Assembly: GCA_012295275.1 (NCBI GenBank)
Contig: CM022672.1
Location: 35,278,001 to 35,342,000, forward strand
Direction of reading: 5' to 3'
Length of the DNA: 64,000 bases
Origin: Chrysomallon squamiferum
Lineage: Eukaryota; Animalia; Mollusca
Made by a program: the position numbers and the translations under genes. The notes under the pieces were generated by a model that searched no databases, had not been told where the DNA came from, and was given only the letters and a program-made list of their open reading frames with translations. Below are positions 14,431-27,715 of this stretch, piece by piece; the first letter of the stretch is position 1; every line of letters starts with the position of its first letter.

Positions 14431-17400
14431 TTCAAAGTTGAAGCTGTGGACAGACTAGGTTGTCCATCACTAGCTACCAGACAGTTCATGTCCAGCTGAA
14501 CCAGAGGTTGAGCATCAACATCAAGGATGTCACAAGAAGTGACTGTTTCTGAACCCATGTAAAGCAAAATGTAAGTATCTTTTGGCGTGTTTCTGCTTCA
14601 AATCAACAAACGAAAGAGACTAAATGACTGAAACAGCCACTCAACTGTGTGCACAATTAACATTATAAAGAAGAAAAACAGTGAGATGTTGTCTACAAAA
14701 GACAAAATGAAGCATATCTTTAGTCACTCGACTGCAGACAATCAATTTGAGTTAAAAAAGCCTAACAAAGTTTCAGAAAAAAAAAAAAATCTTGACCTAT
14801 AATAAAAAGAAAAGTGTACAGGTCTACTGTTTCTGTAATCTTCACTCGTGCAGTTCCAGGTAAAAAGATGAGAGAAGAGATCTGGAACGTGAGAAGCTTT
14901 TACTCCAACACGAGATCAACACGACTAGAGTGAAGAGGTTTATCATCGAGGACAAAAAGCTTCTAGTAATTTCAAAACAGATCCGGCTTCCACATGCCTC
15001 ATGGTGTACATGATCCCACACTTAACATTCCAGTTAATAACTTCTGTTGAATGATGTCAAGTTTCAAAGAAATGATTTGATGTCAACAAAGAAAGCTGAA
15101 TGTCATAAAAGAATGTTGACAAGATAAATAACATGAAGATAATTTCCAAAAGATCAGACCCACACTTGCCATTTGTAGTTCAGAAATTCAACCGTACAGA
15201 CTGAAATGATGAAAACCAAGTTCTTTGCTATCTTATAGAACAGAAAGCATAATTTAATGAAGGATGAACAGCAGAAAAATCAGTAAAAAATTAAATGTAT
15301 CTGATACAGTCTGAAATAAAGGCTCTGAACGATACTGTAAAATGAATTTTTATGCTCAAGCTGACAGTGGATTTTTAAGAGATACAACTATATCTTTGAA
15401 AAGCCATCAGCAGGGTTTCAAGTACTTCAGTGAAAGTACATTCGTGATGTTAACACATTTTGGAATGATGATAGCACCATTTTTATATCAGCTAAATCAC
15501 ACAGGAATTTTTTTTAAAGAACTTCTAGCCATAGTAAACCAAAAAGCAAGCATGCATATAAGTTTATCTAGTTATTTTTAAATTTTGTCTAGCGCAAATG
15601 AAGTTAGAAATGGATAAAAAAAGAACCTTACTGAAAATTATATCAAATGTCCCTTCATAAACAACACATTTCCAGCCCGGTTTACTTGACTCCATTATTA
15701 TGAGTGATGTATGCAGTTAACCTTTGTGTTGATAATGTAAACATGAACTTAACTGACATTTTGCAAAATTAGAACAAAAATAATGTATATTTGAACTGTT
15801 TTATTTATAAACAAATACATTTCTTACCAAAATGTGAGACAGCTGAGCTAACCTATGATTTACTAATTATTATCAACTTTATAAAGTTCTTCCTCTCAAC
15901 GATATTAATTTAAGTTTAGAAAATACTTTTATTTTAATGTGCCTATTTTAAGGGACATGTTAAAGTCCTATTTTATAAACATGGTATGAAATAAATTTTA
16001 ATTGTGCAGAGTTGGGTTCTTTTAGTATGACAATAAGAGAAGAGGTAAAAGAAACCTACAGGAAATGTGGAAAGAAATGTCCATGGCTTGTCTTCACTGA
16101 AGACAATTGTATGAAATGCAAATGGTATTCTTATATTATTAAAGATACAGAAAAATACATCTGGCATATGGAAAAGGTGAAAACAAAATGTCACGGAAGT
16201 AGGAAAATTCAGAAGAGGGCAGAAATGAAGGCAAGCAGTGAAGTGACATTTGGAACAACAGAAGCCAAAAACAGGAAAAATAGCTACTCAACAAGGCAAC
16301 ACTAGATAAACTAGAAATTCTTTTCTGTAAGTGCTAGGGAAAGCCAAGTTTGCTGCAGTTTTAGTGGATGGAAGCCAGATTCAAGTATTACTGAAAAAGA
16401 TTGCTTAATTGAGAATCTGCATTATTACATATTTTCAAAAAATAAACAAAAAAAAAAACATTCAGCTTCATCACTGCATGACTTGTGAAATTTGTAAACA
16501 ATGGAGAATTAACAGAAAGGTTACAGTTCGGGTTCAGCATCACTGATGTCAGAAAGAACAGATCTTTTCAGGGCAAAAGCTGTACAGACGTTTGAAAACA
16601 CTGTTACTGATAGCATTGCCAAGGAAATGAAAATTGTGTTTTTTCGTTACAGATGTCATACAAAGAAATATAAATTATTGAAAGAATTGTCTTCAGAGGC
16701 AGCACAGCAAAGAGTCTTCTCACATATGCAGCAAACATTCATCACTGACAACATCCAGCATACTGCACAGCATCTCTGGGAAAACAGTATCAAAATATAT
16801 GACATCACAAGATAGAGAAATTAAGTAGTATCATCAGAAACACACACAAAAAAAACCAAGAAGAAGAAGGTAGTTTGAGGCAGAAGTAGCTGATTATAAT
16901 CATACTGTCAGCTACCATTACCAGACAAAAAAACCAGGCAAATCAGCCTTGGTTCTGCTGAAGCCACTGGAAGACTTGCATGCTTTTTGCAGTTCATGGA
17001 ACTGATGGACTAATTGCACAATCTGCATGTTTAATGGTCAGATGTTTTTTCTACTTTTTAATTTGTTAGAGTTCTAAATGTCACATGTTAATCATAAATT
17101 ATTTGTCGCTATGGTTAGTGATGCTATTGCTCACAGTGCAACTATAAGGCAATTAATGTTAAACTGGATTACTTTAAATGAACGAACTGAATTAGAGAAA
17201 TTAAAAACATCTATATTAGGAATTGTAGATTTTAAAATACAACATGCTATATCAACTTCACCTGATATTTCAAATATAGAAGGTACTATTAGAGACATGA
17301 TCAATAACTTACCATAGTAAGAAATTTTAAAAATAAATTTGGTACTATAAATGATATTTCCAGGGAATGGTCATAACAAAAAGCAGTCTTAACTATTTTT

Positions 17401-17949
17401 GCAATAATTAATGGAAATAGACAAAGATTAGATAATATTGTATGTAGTAAAATACCTGCAGTTGGAAAAACAAATTTTGATAGCCCTGATTTGTCTTGCA
17501 TTTCAGTGTTGTTTGGCTAAAACTTGGAAGGTGGACTGATGAATACATACTGTCCAACTACGCTCAGACATAATTCACATTCTGATTTACTGCTGATGCC
17601 TGGGGAAAGCCTCTCAGTGGACATGAAGATGTTGTCGTCAACAGTCTCCTCTTTGCAGACTGTAAGATGATAAGTGAAACACTTTCTATCTTAAGAAATA
17701 AAAAAGTTAATATCGTGAAATCTTTCTTGACATCATCCTGCATCAACGATGAGTTCAGAATTTATAACGATCAAGTGAAACCATGGTACAGGAGGAAATG
17801 AGCTGATCTTACGGCAGGCCAGTGTAACAGGAGTCCTCATGGATCTGGAAATTTAACACTTTACCTCAGTCAGAACAGTCAATATCCAATGCATCATTTG
17901 GATATCAGGAAGCTATGATTGTGATGTATCTGAAGAATGCATCATCCAC

Positions 17950-18462
17950 ATATTTTGGACTTAGTCCTCGAGAAGTACGAATACTGGCGTATAAAATTCA
18001 TCCTGGAGTGCTATGAAAATGGCAGGGAGTGACTGGTTCACACCATTTTTAAAGTGTAATCCAATGTTGTCATTGAGAACACCAGAGGCAACTAGCATCG
18101 CCAGGACAACATCTTTCAACAGAACCAGTATCTTAGTTTTTTGAAAAACTTGCCAAGGTGATGGACAAATATAATTTCGGTGCCTGTGAAATTTGGAATA
18201 TAGATGAAAGCAATCGTCACAGTGGTGAAACCAACCAGTCATAACTGGGACAGGTGTTAAACAAGTGGGATGACACTGGCAGAGAGAGGAACACCTGTCA
18301 CTTGTGTGGTCAGAGCATCCCACCATTCCTTACCTTTCTACATGTGAACTTCAAAGATGATTTTTTGAATGGTTGAAACTACCCATCAATCAGGCTGGAT
18401 GACAGCAGATAATTTCATCATGAAGCATTTTGTTAAAAATGTGAAGCCTCCAAAGGATAACA
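17950..18462 (+). mobile_element. pogo/Tigger-like (CENP-B HTH + DDE_1) transposase remnant
   Basis: Frameshifted fragments YFGLSPREVRILAY, MAGSDWFTPFLKCNPMLSLRTPEATSIARTTSFNR, EIWNIDE, GVKQVG, AERGTPVT, SGWMTADNF.MKHFVKNVKP in the canonical order. Confidence 0.85.
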
Positions 18463-18505
18463 ACAAGAATGTGAAGAATTCAGCAGATTGCCTGCACACA
18501 AGATA

Positions 18506-21500
18506 TGAAGAGTGCTAAAAATTAAAACAAAAATAGATGAAAATGTTTATTTCACCAAATATATATGTACCAGCAGTATTTTTATATCTGCATAGTTCAA
18601 ACTGAGCAATAATGCGAAGCCTTGATGAAATGTTATTTTGATGCTTTAAACAAGTTAAACGATGTATTACTGATACCATTTTCAGTTAGGTCCACATAAA
18701 TGACATTCAGCTTCATGATCACATTTGTTGCTTGATTTGTGATATTTGATAAACAACAGAGAATCAACAGACAAGTTTACTCTTTCAAAATTATCATCAC
18801 TTTAAATAATATACAAAAAACATTGACATATGCATAATACAAAACAAAGAAGTAAACGTTTATTACCAGTGTCTATAAAACAATCCCATTGTGAAAAAAG
18901 TCCATATACAAAGTTATAAATGTACTGACATTCATTGCAAGAAATTGTGAAATCTGAGTGAAAACAAAAATAGATGAAAATGTTTATTTCACCAAATATA
19001 TATGTACCAGCAGTATTTTTATATCTGCATAGTTCAAACTGAGCAATAATGCGAAACCTTGATGAAATGTTATTTTGATGCTTTAAACAAATTAAACGAT
19101 GTATTACTGATACCATTTTCAGTTAGGTGCACATAAATGTCTTAAATCAAAATAAAAAGTATTTCAAAGAATGTTGTAATATTTAAAATATACTTGTACA
19201 TAACAAAACTGCAATAAAATTATTGTGCCATAATTTCATTTAAATTTTATAATTATTTTACATTGCTTCCTGATGTTTATCTGTCTCAACAGATACCTGT
19301 ATATTCACCTACATGACTTCTCTGTCTGTCTCTATCATATAATTAATGTGTATATTATCAATAATGTGGTACAAAGACACCAATAGTTCATTTTGAGATT
19401 TATAATTTGTTATTAACAGCTAATACAGATTCTAGGTTTGGTCGATCCCTAGAATACTGAACAATACTTCTGTTTCTGCTTTTATTTTGCCTGACATATT
19501 TGATAAAACAAACAATAATGAATGCCACTCAAAACTCTATAGTATACAGTTTATTTCAAAGAATGTTGTGATATTTAAAATATACTTGTACATATTCCAG
19601 TGTAATCAAACAAAATTGAAATGAAATATGAAACAACTGGATATGCCAATTTTTCTTTTTTGTAGTATCCCACATTGCAAATGAAGTGTGAGTTTTGTTA
19701 TTTTGATGCTTTAAACAAGTTAAAACGATGTATGCCTGATACACGAGTAGTGTCAAAGGAAAATAAAGAGTAACAGTTCCATTTGAAATATCAAGAGATG
19801 TTGTCCACTGTTGTAGATTGTATACCACACTGAAAACAGTACAAGACATTCCGGTAAATCTGAAATGATCATGTTAAAGAGTTTCTAGAAAACTACAAGA
19901 ACGGTGAAGAATTTAGAAAATTGCCAGCACACAAGTCATGGACCAGATACTTTGAAAAACAAAGAATATGGAATACCACTCAGAACTCTATACGGTTTAT
20001 TTCAAAGAAGGTTGTGATATTCAAAATATACTTGTACATATTCCAGTGTAATCAAACTGAAATAAAACGATAAAACTGGATATGCCCAATTTTTCTTTTT
20101 TCTAGAATGAAGTTAGATACTTCAATATAACAAGGACTCTGGTCAGTATCAGTCAGTGTACTGTGATGTATCGTGTTATGTGCACACACATGTATTGTGT
20201 TTTTCTATTTCCTGTATCATGTGGATCAGCTGGTCACCTATTTGAAGTCCAGTGTCAGATCTACAGAAAATATGAATGGGCACATCAAGATCACAGAGAG
20301 ACAGAGAGACAGAGAGAGAGCTGAAAGAAGGGCATAACTAGGTCTAGATGATAAACCTTACATATTCTAGGCATGTTTTATATCACACTGATATCATCAT
20401 TCGTTTTTCTGTTTCATTATTATTTTTGCATAGTTTCAAAAACAACAAATATCATGACATTCAGCTTCATGATCACATTTGTTGCTTGATTTGTGATATT
20501 TGATAAACAACAGAGAATCAACAGACAAGTTTACTCTTTCAAAGTTATCATGACTTTAAATAATATACAAAAAACATTGACATATGCATAATACAAAACA
20601 AAGAAGTAAACGTTTATTATCAGTGTCTATAAAACAATCCCATTGTGAAAAAAGTCCATATACAAAAAGTTATAAATGTACTGAGATGGGACACACTGCA
20701 AGAAATTGTGAAATCTGAGTTTACTCCATAGGAGTTTACTTTTGATGGCTGAGACAATGAAGAGTGCTAAAAATTAAAACAAAAATAGATGAAAATGTTT
20801 ATTTCACCAAATATATATGTACCAGCAGTATTTTTATATCTGCATAGTTCAAACTGAGCAATAATGCGAAACCTTGATGAAATGTTATTTTGATGCTTTA
20901 AACAAGTTAAACGATGTATTACTGATACCATTTTCAGTTAGGTGCACATAAATGTCTTAAATCAAAATAAAAAGTATTTCAAAGAATGTTGTAATATTTA
21001 AAATATACTTGTACATAACAAAACTGCAATAAAATTATTGTGCCATAATTTCATTTAAATTTTATAATTATTTTGCATTGCTTCTTGATCTTTATCTGTC
21101 TCAACAGATACCTGTATATTCACCTACATGTCTTCTCTGTCTGTCTCTATCATCTAATTAATGTGTATATTATCAATAATGTGGTACAAAGACACCAATA
21201 GTTCATTTTGAGATTTATAATTTGTTATTAACAGCTAATAAAGATTCTAGGTTTGGTCGATCCCTAGAATACTGAACAATACTTCTGTTTCTGCTTTTTA
21301 TTTTGCCTGACATATTTGATAAAACAAACAATAATGAATGCCACTCAAAACTCTATACAGTTTATTTCAAAGAATGTTGTGATATTTAAAATATACTTGT
21401 ACACATTCCAGTGTAATCAAACAAAACTGAAATGAAATAAGAAAAAACTGGATATGCCAATTTTTCTTTTTTGTAGTATCCCACATTGCAAATGAAGTGT

Positions 21501-22080
21501 GAGTTTTGTTATTTTGATGCTGTAAACAAGTTAAAACGATGTATGCCTGATACACGAGTAGTGTCAAAGGAAAATAAAGAGTAACAGTTCCATTTGAAAT
21601 ATCAAGAGATGTTGTCAACTGTTGTAGAATGTATACCACACTGAAAACAGTACAAGACATTCCAGTAAATCTGAAATGATCATGTTAAAGAGTTTCTAGA
21701 AAACTACAAGAACAGTGAAGAATTTAGAAAATTGCCAGCACACAAGATATGGACCAGATACTTTGAAAAACAAAGAATATGGAATACCACTCAGAACTCT
21801 ATACGGTTTATTTCAAAGAATGTTGTGATATTTAAAATATACTTGTACATATTCCAGTGTAATAAAACAAAACTGAAATAAAATATGATAAAATTATTCT
21901 CTCATAAATTTCATATAAATTTTAAAAATATTTTACATTGCTTCTTGATATGTTTATCTGACTGAACAGATACCTATATATTCATCTACATGTCTTCTGT
22001 CTGTCTGTATCATGTAAGTAATGTGTATATTATCAGTAATGTGGTACAAAGACGCCAATAGTTCATTTTTGAGATTTATA
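18506..22080. repeat. Tandem duplication of about 1.75-1.8 kb with nested internal sub-repeats
   Basis: 18701 matches 20455, 19556 matches 21367; a partial third copy lies at 18506-18700; the motif TATTTCAAAGAATGTTGT(G/A)ATATTTAAAATATACTTGTACA recurs six times with minor variants. Confidence 0.92.
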
Positions 22081-22176
22081 ATAATATACTCTTAGTGTGC
22101 TGCTAACCATGAGGCAATTGAATTATTCAATGAAACATGGGACAAACGTTTAAATGAGTTTTATTGTCATCTGGAC

Positions 22177-24802
22177 CAGGGGTTTTCAAACTGTGGTCCG
22201 TGGACCACAGGGGGTCCGCAAGTACAAGACAGGGGGTCCGTGGACAGCGAATACTTTTTATATATGTTTTTTAATCAAAATTTGTTTTCTTATATTTGTA
22301 AATGTGAGCGCATGAAATAACAGGTAAATAATTTTGTAATATAACCTAAAAGTACCATCGATTAAAACAGTTAAGTTGTCACTTGAGCATTGATCGCCTG
22401 TCAGGAATTCCATTCACATTAATTATGGTTCGTGACATAAGAAAAGTGGGAATTTATGGGTTTTTTGCGTTTTTTTTAATGTATTTGCTGAGTTAAGACT
22501 GTTTAGTCAGATCCAAAGAAGCACGTAGGTACTGTCACGTAATTTTAAATACTCTTTGTTAATTTACACGTCCAGTGAAGTTCAAATTATAAATTTTCAG
22601 TGTCTGAATGAGTATCTGATTTTTATTTATTAATGTTCCTAAATGGCATAAAACCTACATTATCGCCCGTTATACGTCAACGTTATTTACACGAAAATTA
22701 TTTTACACATGCAAGAGCTTCACGTTCAAATTTACTTTTCTTTTTCAGGCTGCCAGCGTTACCCATGGATAATTTTTTTGAAACGGAAAGCTCATAATGA
22801 AATCAACTCAGAATCTGATACAGAGACAGAAGAGATTGTTCAGGAAAATAAATTAAGAAAATACAACGTGGAGTATATTTGATTTGGATTCATTGAAAGT
22901 GTGTCTAATGCTAACAGACCTCAGTGTTTACTTTGTCATAAGCTGTTGTCGAATGAAGCCTTGAAACCAGCTAAATTGCAGAGACATTTAACAACACTAC
23001 ATCCTCAATTTGCCACAAAACCAAAAGATTTTTTTGAAAGAAAAAAGGATGCATATTTAAAAGAGACAACAACTTATAAAATGTCAATAACATCAAATTA
23101 TAAACTACTACGGGCATCTTATTTAGTGGCACTGAGAAAGAAGGCCCATAATATTGCTGAAGAACTTGTATTGCCCTGTGCAATAGACATGTGTGAGGCA
23201 GTTTTAGATGAAAAATGTGCTGCGTAATTGAAAGCTGTGCCACTGTCAGACAACACAGTTGCACGAAGAATAGAAGATATGTCAAAAATATAAAATCTCA
23301 GTTAATTGACAGAGTGAAAACAAGCTTTTTTGCATTACAACTTGATGAAAGCACAGATATTACCAGTGAATCTCAACTTATGGTGTATGTGCAATATTGT
23401 TGGGAAAGTGAAATGCTTGAAGATTTTCTATTTTGCTATTCTATGCCCACTAGAACAACTGGGGAGGAAGTTTTCAAAGTATTGGACTCTTTTCTTTTTC
23501 AATCAAGCTTGTTATGGAGCCAGTGTATTGGCATATGTACAGATGGGGCGGCATCAATGACCGGTATTCACTCGGGTGTTGTGGGATATATTAAGAAAGT
23601 AGCACCTAACATCACTACAACACATTGCATGATTCATCGAGAAGCTCTGGTTGCCAAAAAAATGGATGCTTCTTTGTCCGAAGTCTTGTCATGTTGTATT
23701 AAAGTGATAAATTTCATTAAAACAAGACCATTGTATAGTTGTTTCTTTGCAATACTCTGTGGTGAGATGGGGGCTGAACATTCAAGTCTGTTGCTTCATA
23801 CAGAGGTAAGATGGCTTTCATGAGGTAAAACAATTCAGCGTTTATTTGAACTTAGAGAAGAACTGTTGATGTTTTTGTGTGATTATAATGCAGAACTGGC
23901 TTCAATAATGGCTGATAAAAGTTGGCTTTGCAAAGTTGCTTATCTGGCAGATATATTTAACAAACTTAATGAACTGAATTTATCTCTACAAGGAAGAAAT
24001 TCAAATATTTTATTTAGTCATGACAAAATAGAAGCCTTCAAGAAAAAACTGAATATATGGACTACAAAAGTTAGTAAGAAAACTTTAGATATGTTCCCTA
24101 CACTGGATGAATATCTCCGTAACAATGGTTCGGTTAATGTTGATTTGGTAATTGTAGATATTAAACGACATTTAATATCACTAGGTGAGCATTTTGACAA
24201 ATATTTCTCGAAAGATGTTCCAGATAGTATTGAAAATTTTGACTGGATCAGAAATCCGTTTAATGTTGAAATAGCTGATGACATGCTCACAGGAAATGAA
24301 CTGGAAGAACTGGCTGAAATTTCATGCGACAGAACTTTAAAAATCAGTTTTATGCAGCAACCACTTTCGAAATTCTGGCTTACTGTAGCCTCCAAGTATC
24401 CATTGTTATCTCGAAAGGCAGTTAAGATTTTGCTACCGTTTGCAACAACATATTTATGTGAAGCAGGATTTTCGGCACTGACCAATCTGAAAAGCAAATA
24501 CAGATCCAGACTTGCTCCAGAAAGAGACGTGTGTATGTTTGTCAGTTATATCTCCAAGAATTGATAGTTTGTGCAAAGCCAAGCAAGCACATCCTTCTCA
24601 CTAAGTATGTATTAAAAAAATCCTGTGTGTATAATTGACAATAAACCTATTTGTTAAATACTGTTAAATAAATAAATGTAAAAAATATATGTTATTTTAA
24701 GCAAATATTTATTATAAATTTCATAAGCGTTTATAAGGGGGTCCCTAAGGTAAAGCCTGAAATATAAAGGGGTCCACAAGTCAAAAAGTTTGAAAACCCC
24801 TG
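22177..24802 (+). mobile_element. Full-length hAT DNA transposon, Buster/Charlie family
   Basis: Perfect 16-bp TIRs CAGGGGTTTTCAAACT (22177) / AGTTTGAAAACCCCTG (ends 24802); 8-bp TSD ATCTGGAC (22169-22176) / ATCTAGAC (24803-24810), 7/8 match, with the nnnTAnnn pattern of Buster elements; subterminal GGGGTCC repeats at both ends. Confidence 0.95.
22765..24604 (+). pseudogene. Disrupted hAT Buster/Charlie transposase (ZBED5/SCAND3/FAM200-like)
   Basis: MDNF.KRK start, BED finger PQCLLC...LQRHL...H, LQLDESTD (D), ICTDGA (D), HCMIHRE (CxxH), HTEVRWLS*GK, TTYLCEAGFS (E), terminal KQAHPSH*. Broken by several frameshifts and stops (e.g. TGA at 23821). Confidence 0.92.
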
Positions 24803-27677
24803 ATCTAGACCCCTTGGATACAACAGCAACTGAAACAAGAGCAGCTTTGAAAGATTATGAAACAAAAGGAAAAAAAACTGAAAAACATCTGAGGATCTGA
24901 CTGTCTTGCTGGAGACAGTTTCAGGTCAACAAATTATGTTATAAAGATGGAAAAGGTGATCCCAGAGGCTTCCTAGTATTTCTAGAGAAAGAAAAACTTT
25001 GATGAATCATACCCCGGTACACTGGCAATCAGTTGCATGTGCTTTCCCAGATATGTGGTGTCCTTTTTGAACACCACAATAAATTTGAAAGATTACTGAA
25101 TTCTGGAACTTCCCTGGGTGGCCTGCACTTGTGTATTCAAAAGGATTTCACTAATACTACAGCAATAGTTGAGATGCAGGTTCTAGGAATTCTAGGAAAA
25201 TTAATCAGATTGAGCATGTGCAAGGAATTCAGCTTGTGAAAGAAGTTCTTGTCCAGCTGAAGGCTTTGAAAGACTGCCCAGAGAAAACTCTTTCTGTCAG
25301 CAAGGATATTTTTGGATCTGAACTGTCCTCTGCTGACACAACACTAATGGAACTCAGACAAAACCTAAAGGATAGTGAAATGTTTAAAGATTTGATGAGG
25401 GTACATTTGGAAGCCATCACAGCAATTTTGGAAAAACAATACAAAAAGTACTTTGAGTTGGATATTTCAGAAGTATTGAGAGGATGCAATATTGATGCAG
25501 AGGAGGTCATGGGAATGTTTAGCGCCCTGAAAAACAAAGCTTCTAGTGCCACAATTTACTACCAAGATGGGTGCTGTGAAAAACAGAACAGTAGATTACC
25601 TTGATAAAATGCCAGAAGAAAAGAAGGTAATTGATCCTCAAGAAGGCCATCGGTTTTGCACAAAAGCAGCTATGAAGGACAAGAAAGAAACAGAAAGATA
25701 TTATGGAGGAAATTTCAAACAGGATGGCAGAAAAAGAGCAGGCAATTTGGAAGTGGGAAAAGAAAAAATATGTTGTGACATACTGGCCACTTTACTAAAC
25801 CATGACAACGCATTAGACCTTGAAATACCAGTCTATGCTCTGGGGGCCGATTTTGTCTTAAAAGACTTAATTTAATTCATGTGTGACAGGATTTACAGCA
25901 TTGACTGTTAGGTGAAATGAAACTGTTGATCTTATGTGAAATGTAGAATGACTATTGTTTTGGAACTAAAGACTTCTAAACAAGTTGGATCATCAGTAAA
26001 CCACTATTTAATTTTATTTTACTTCTTGGTTTCTTGCAGGATGCCAGAGTTCAGATACCTTTATGAAGGCTACAGGCATCTGAAGCAAATGTAGTGCTTT
26101 GACAAGTTTTTGTTATTTTGCTTTCACTTTCAGCATTCATCTAAAATGGCAATTAGTCTTTTCCAGTTTTAAATGGCTGTTTACCTTAATTAACCACTAA
26201 TTAATGAATTTAATTACTAATTTAATTACACTTGATTATTCAAATACAGTTTCACTTGCTTAGATGGACAGCATACAAGTTAAACAACTTGCACTGAAAA
26301 TTTCATCTGAAAATTCCCACTATTAAGGAAAATACATCAATTTTTTCTTCTTCCTAAAGTCACAATTTCAGCCACACAAGTCCTATTGTTTTAGTAGTAA
26401 TATTATTAAATGACAACAATTAGGGCCAATTTTCACATTTGAAAATGCTCTCATTTTCTTAATACTCTACTTATCTCCATGGTTTTGTTGCAATTTTAAA
26501 GGGTTTTCCAAGCACCATCATGTACTGTTGTTCATATGTGTCCTAGAAATAAAATTTAAAGACCATTTTGATGGTAATTCACAGCTCTTTCCAATGATAG
26601 CTGTTATAGTCAATCATAGGAAGTTACAAATTTTAGATACATACCTACATCTGACAAGATCTATGCTGTAGGTTCCACTTGTCCTAATGTGAATGTCACT
26701 GATGAAATGGATCTGGTGCTCTTTATGTAATATAAATATAAATATGAAAAATATTTTTTTTAATTTGTTAAGCTTATTTCTAAATTTTGTAAAGTAGTGT
26801 TTGGCTTTAAATACAAAATTTAATCTGACAACCCTGTTACTAAGAACAGTGACGCCATATTGGAAGGAAAGGGAAAACGTAGATTTGTCGGTTCATTATT
26901 CGGAACGAGGTAAAAAGACTGAGACTGGAATTAAATTACAAGATGATAAAAAAGTGATAAAAATATATGCATAAAGAAGGTATTTTATTTACATATGTTC
27001 ATGTTAGAAATACTGAAACGTTCAGAACTCTTGCCCCCAATGAAATAGGACGGTTTTTATTTTGTTTACTTTAGTCACATTTAACACTTTTTTTATGATT
27101 TTTTAATAATTTTGACACTAATCATTTAATGAGAGCCACCGAATTAAGGATTATGCGATTTTTGTCACGTACCTATCTCAGTGCAGGTCAACTTGAAACT
27201 GCAAAACGTTGCTGGAAATGCACGTTCATTCTGAGGACATCAAAAATGTAAGAAACTTAAGACATCCGCAGTGCACTCACGTACTTTAAATATGGCGGAT
27301 AACATTTAACGCGCTTCTCTCGTGTCTCGACGAAGCTCTATTAGAGTTATTTCCCTTACACCGTTAACAACTTTCTTTGTATACGGTTGATAATTAGGAT
27401 TTTACCATGCCGTAGAGTACAATATAAAATCCGTTTGAAAGATCATAATGTTACAATTACTTTATAGGTACGCGATGTATTTTCTGCTATGATAACCATT
27501 TCTCTGTTCAACAAAACATTATCTTCGTACGACCTATAAATTGAATAATATCTTTAAAATGTGTGGGGGGATGAAGATTTGTTTAAGAAAAAATTGATTT
27601 AAAAAAAAAATAATAATAAAAACGAAATTCCAATAATAATAATAACAACAGAAAAAACAACTAAAAAAACAAGAAAT

Positions 27678-27715
<38 letters not shown>

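Larger units (their letters stand above)
22096..25880 (+). pseudogene. Older degraded transposase-like ORF interrupted by the hAT element
   Basis: Removing the hAT plus one TSD rejoins CAANHEAIELFNETWDKRLNEFYCHLD/PLDTTATETRAALKDYE. Downstream fragments YKDGKGDPRGFLVFL, IIPRYTGNQLHVL, EMQVLGILGKLI and CNIDAEEVMGMFSAL resemble invertebrate cut-and-paste transposases. Superfamily not resolved. Confidence 0.6.

Noticed and set aside
22901-24564. Domesticated ZBED/SCAND3-like host gene
   Set aside because: Multiple stops and frameshifts plus intact TIRs and TSD indicate a dead transposon copy.
26855-26863. CArG (SRF) box CCATATTGG
   Set aside because: Only five A/T bases between CC and GG; the consensus needs six.
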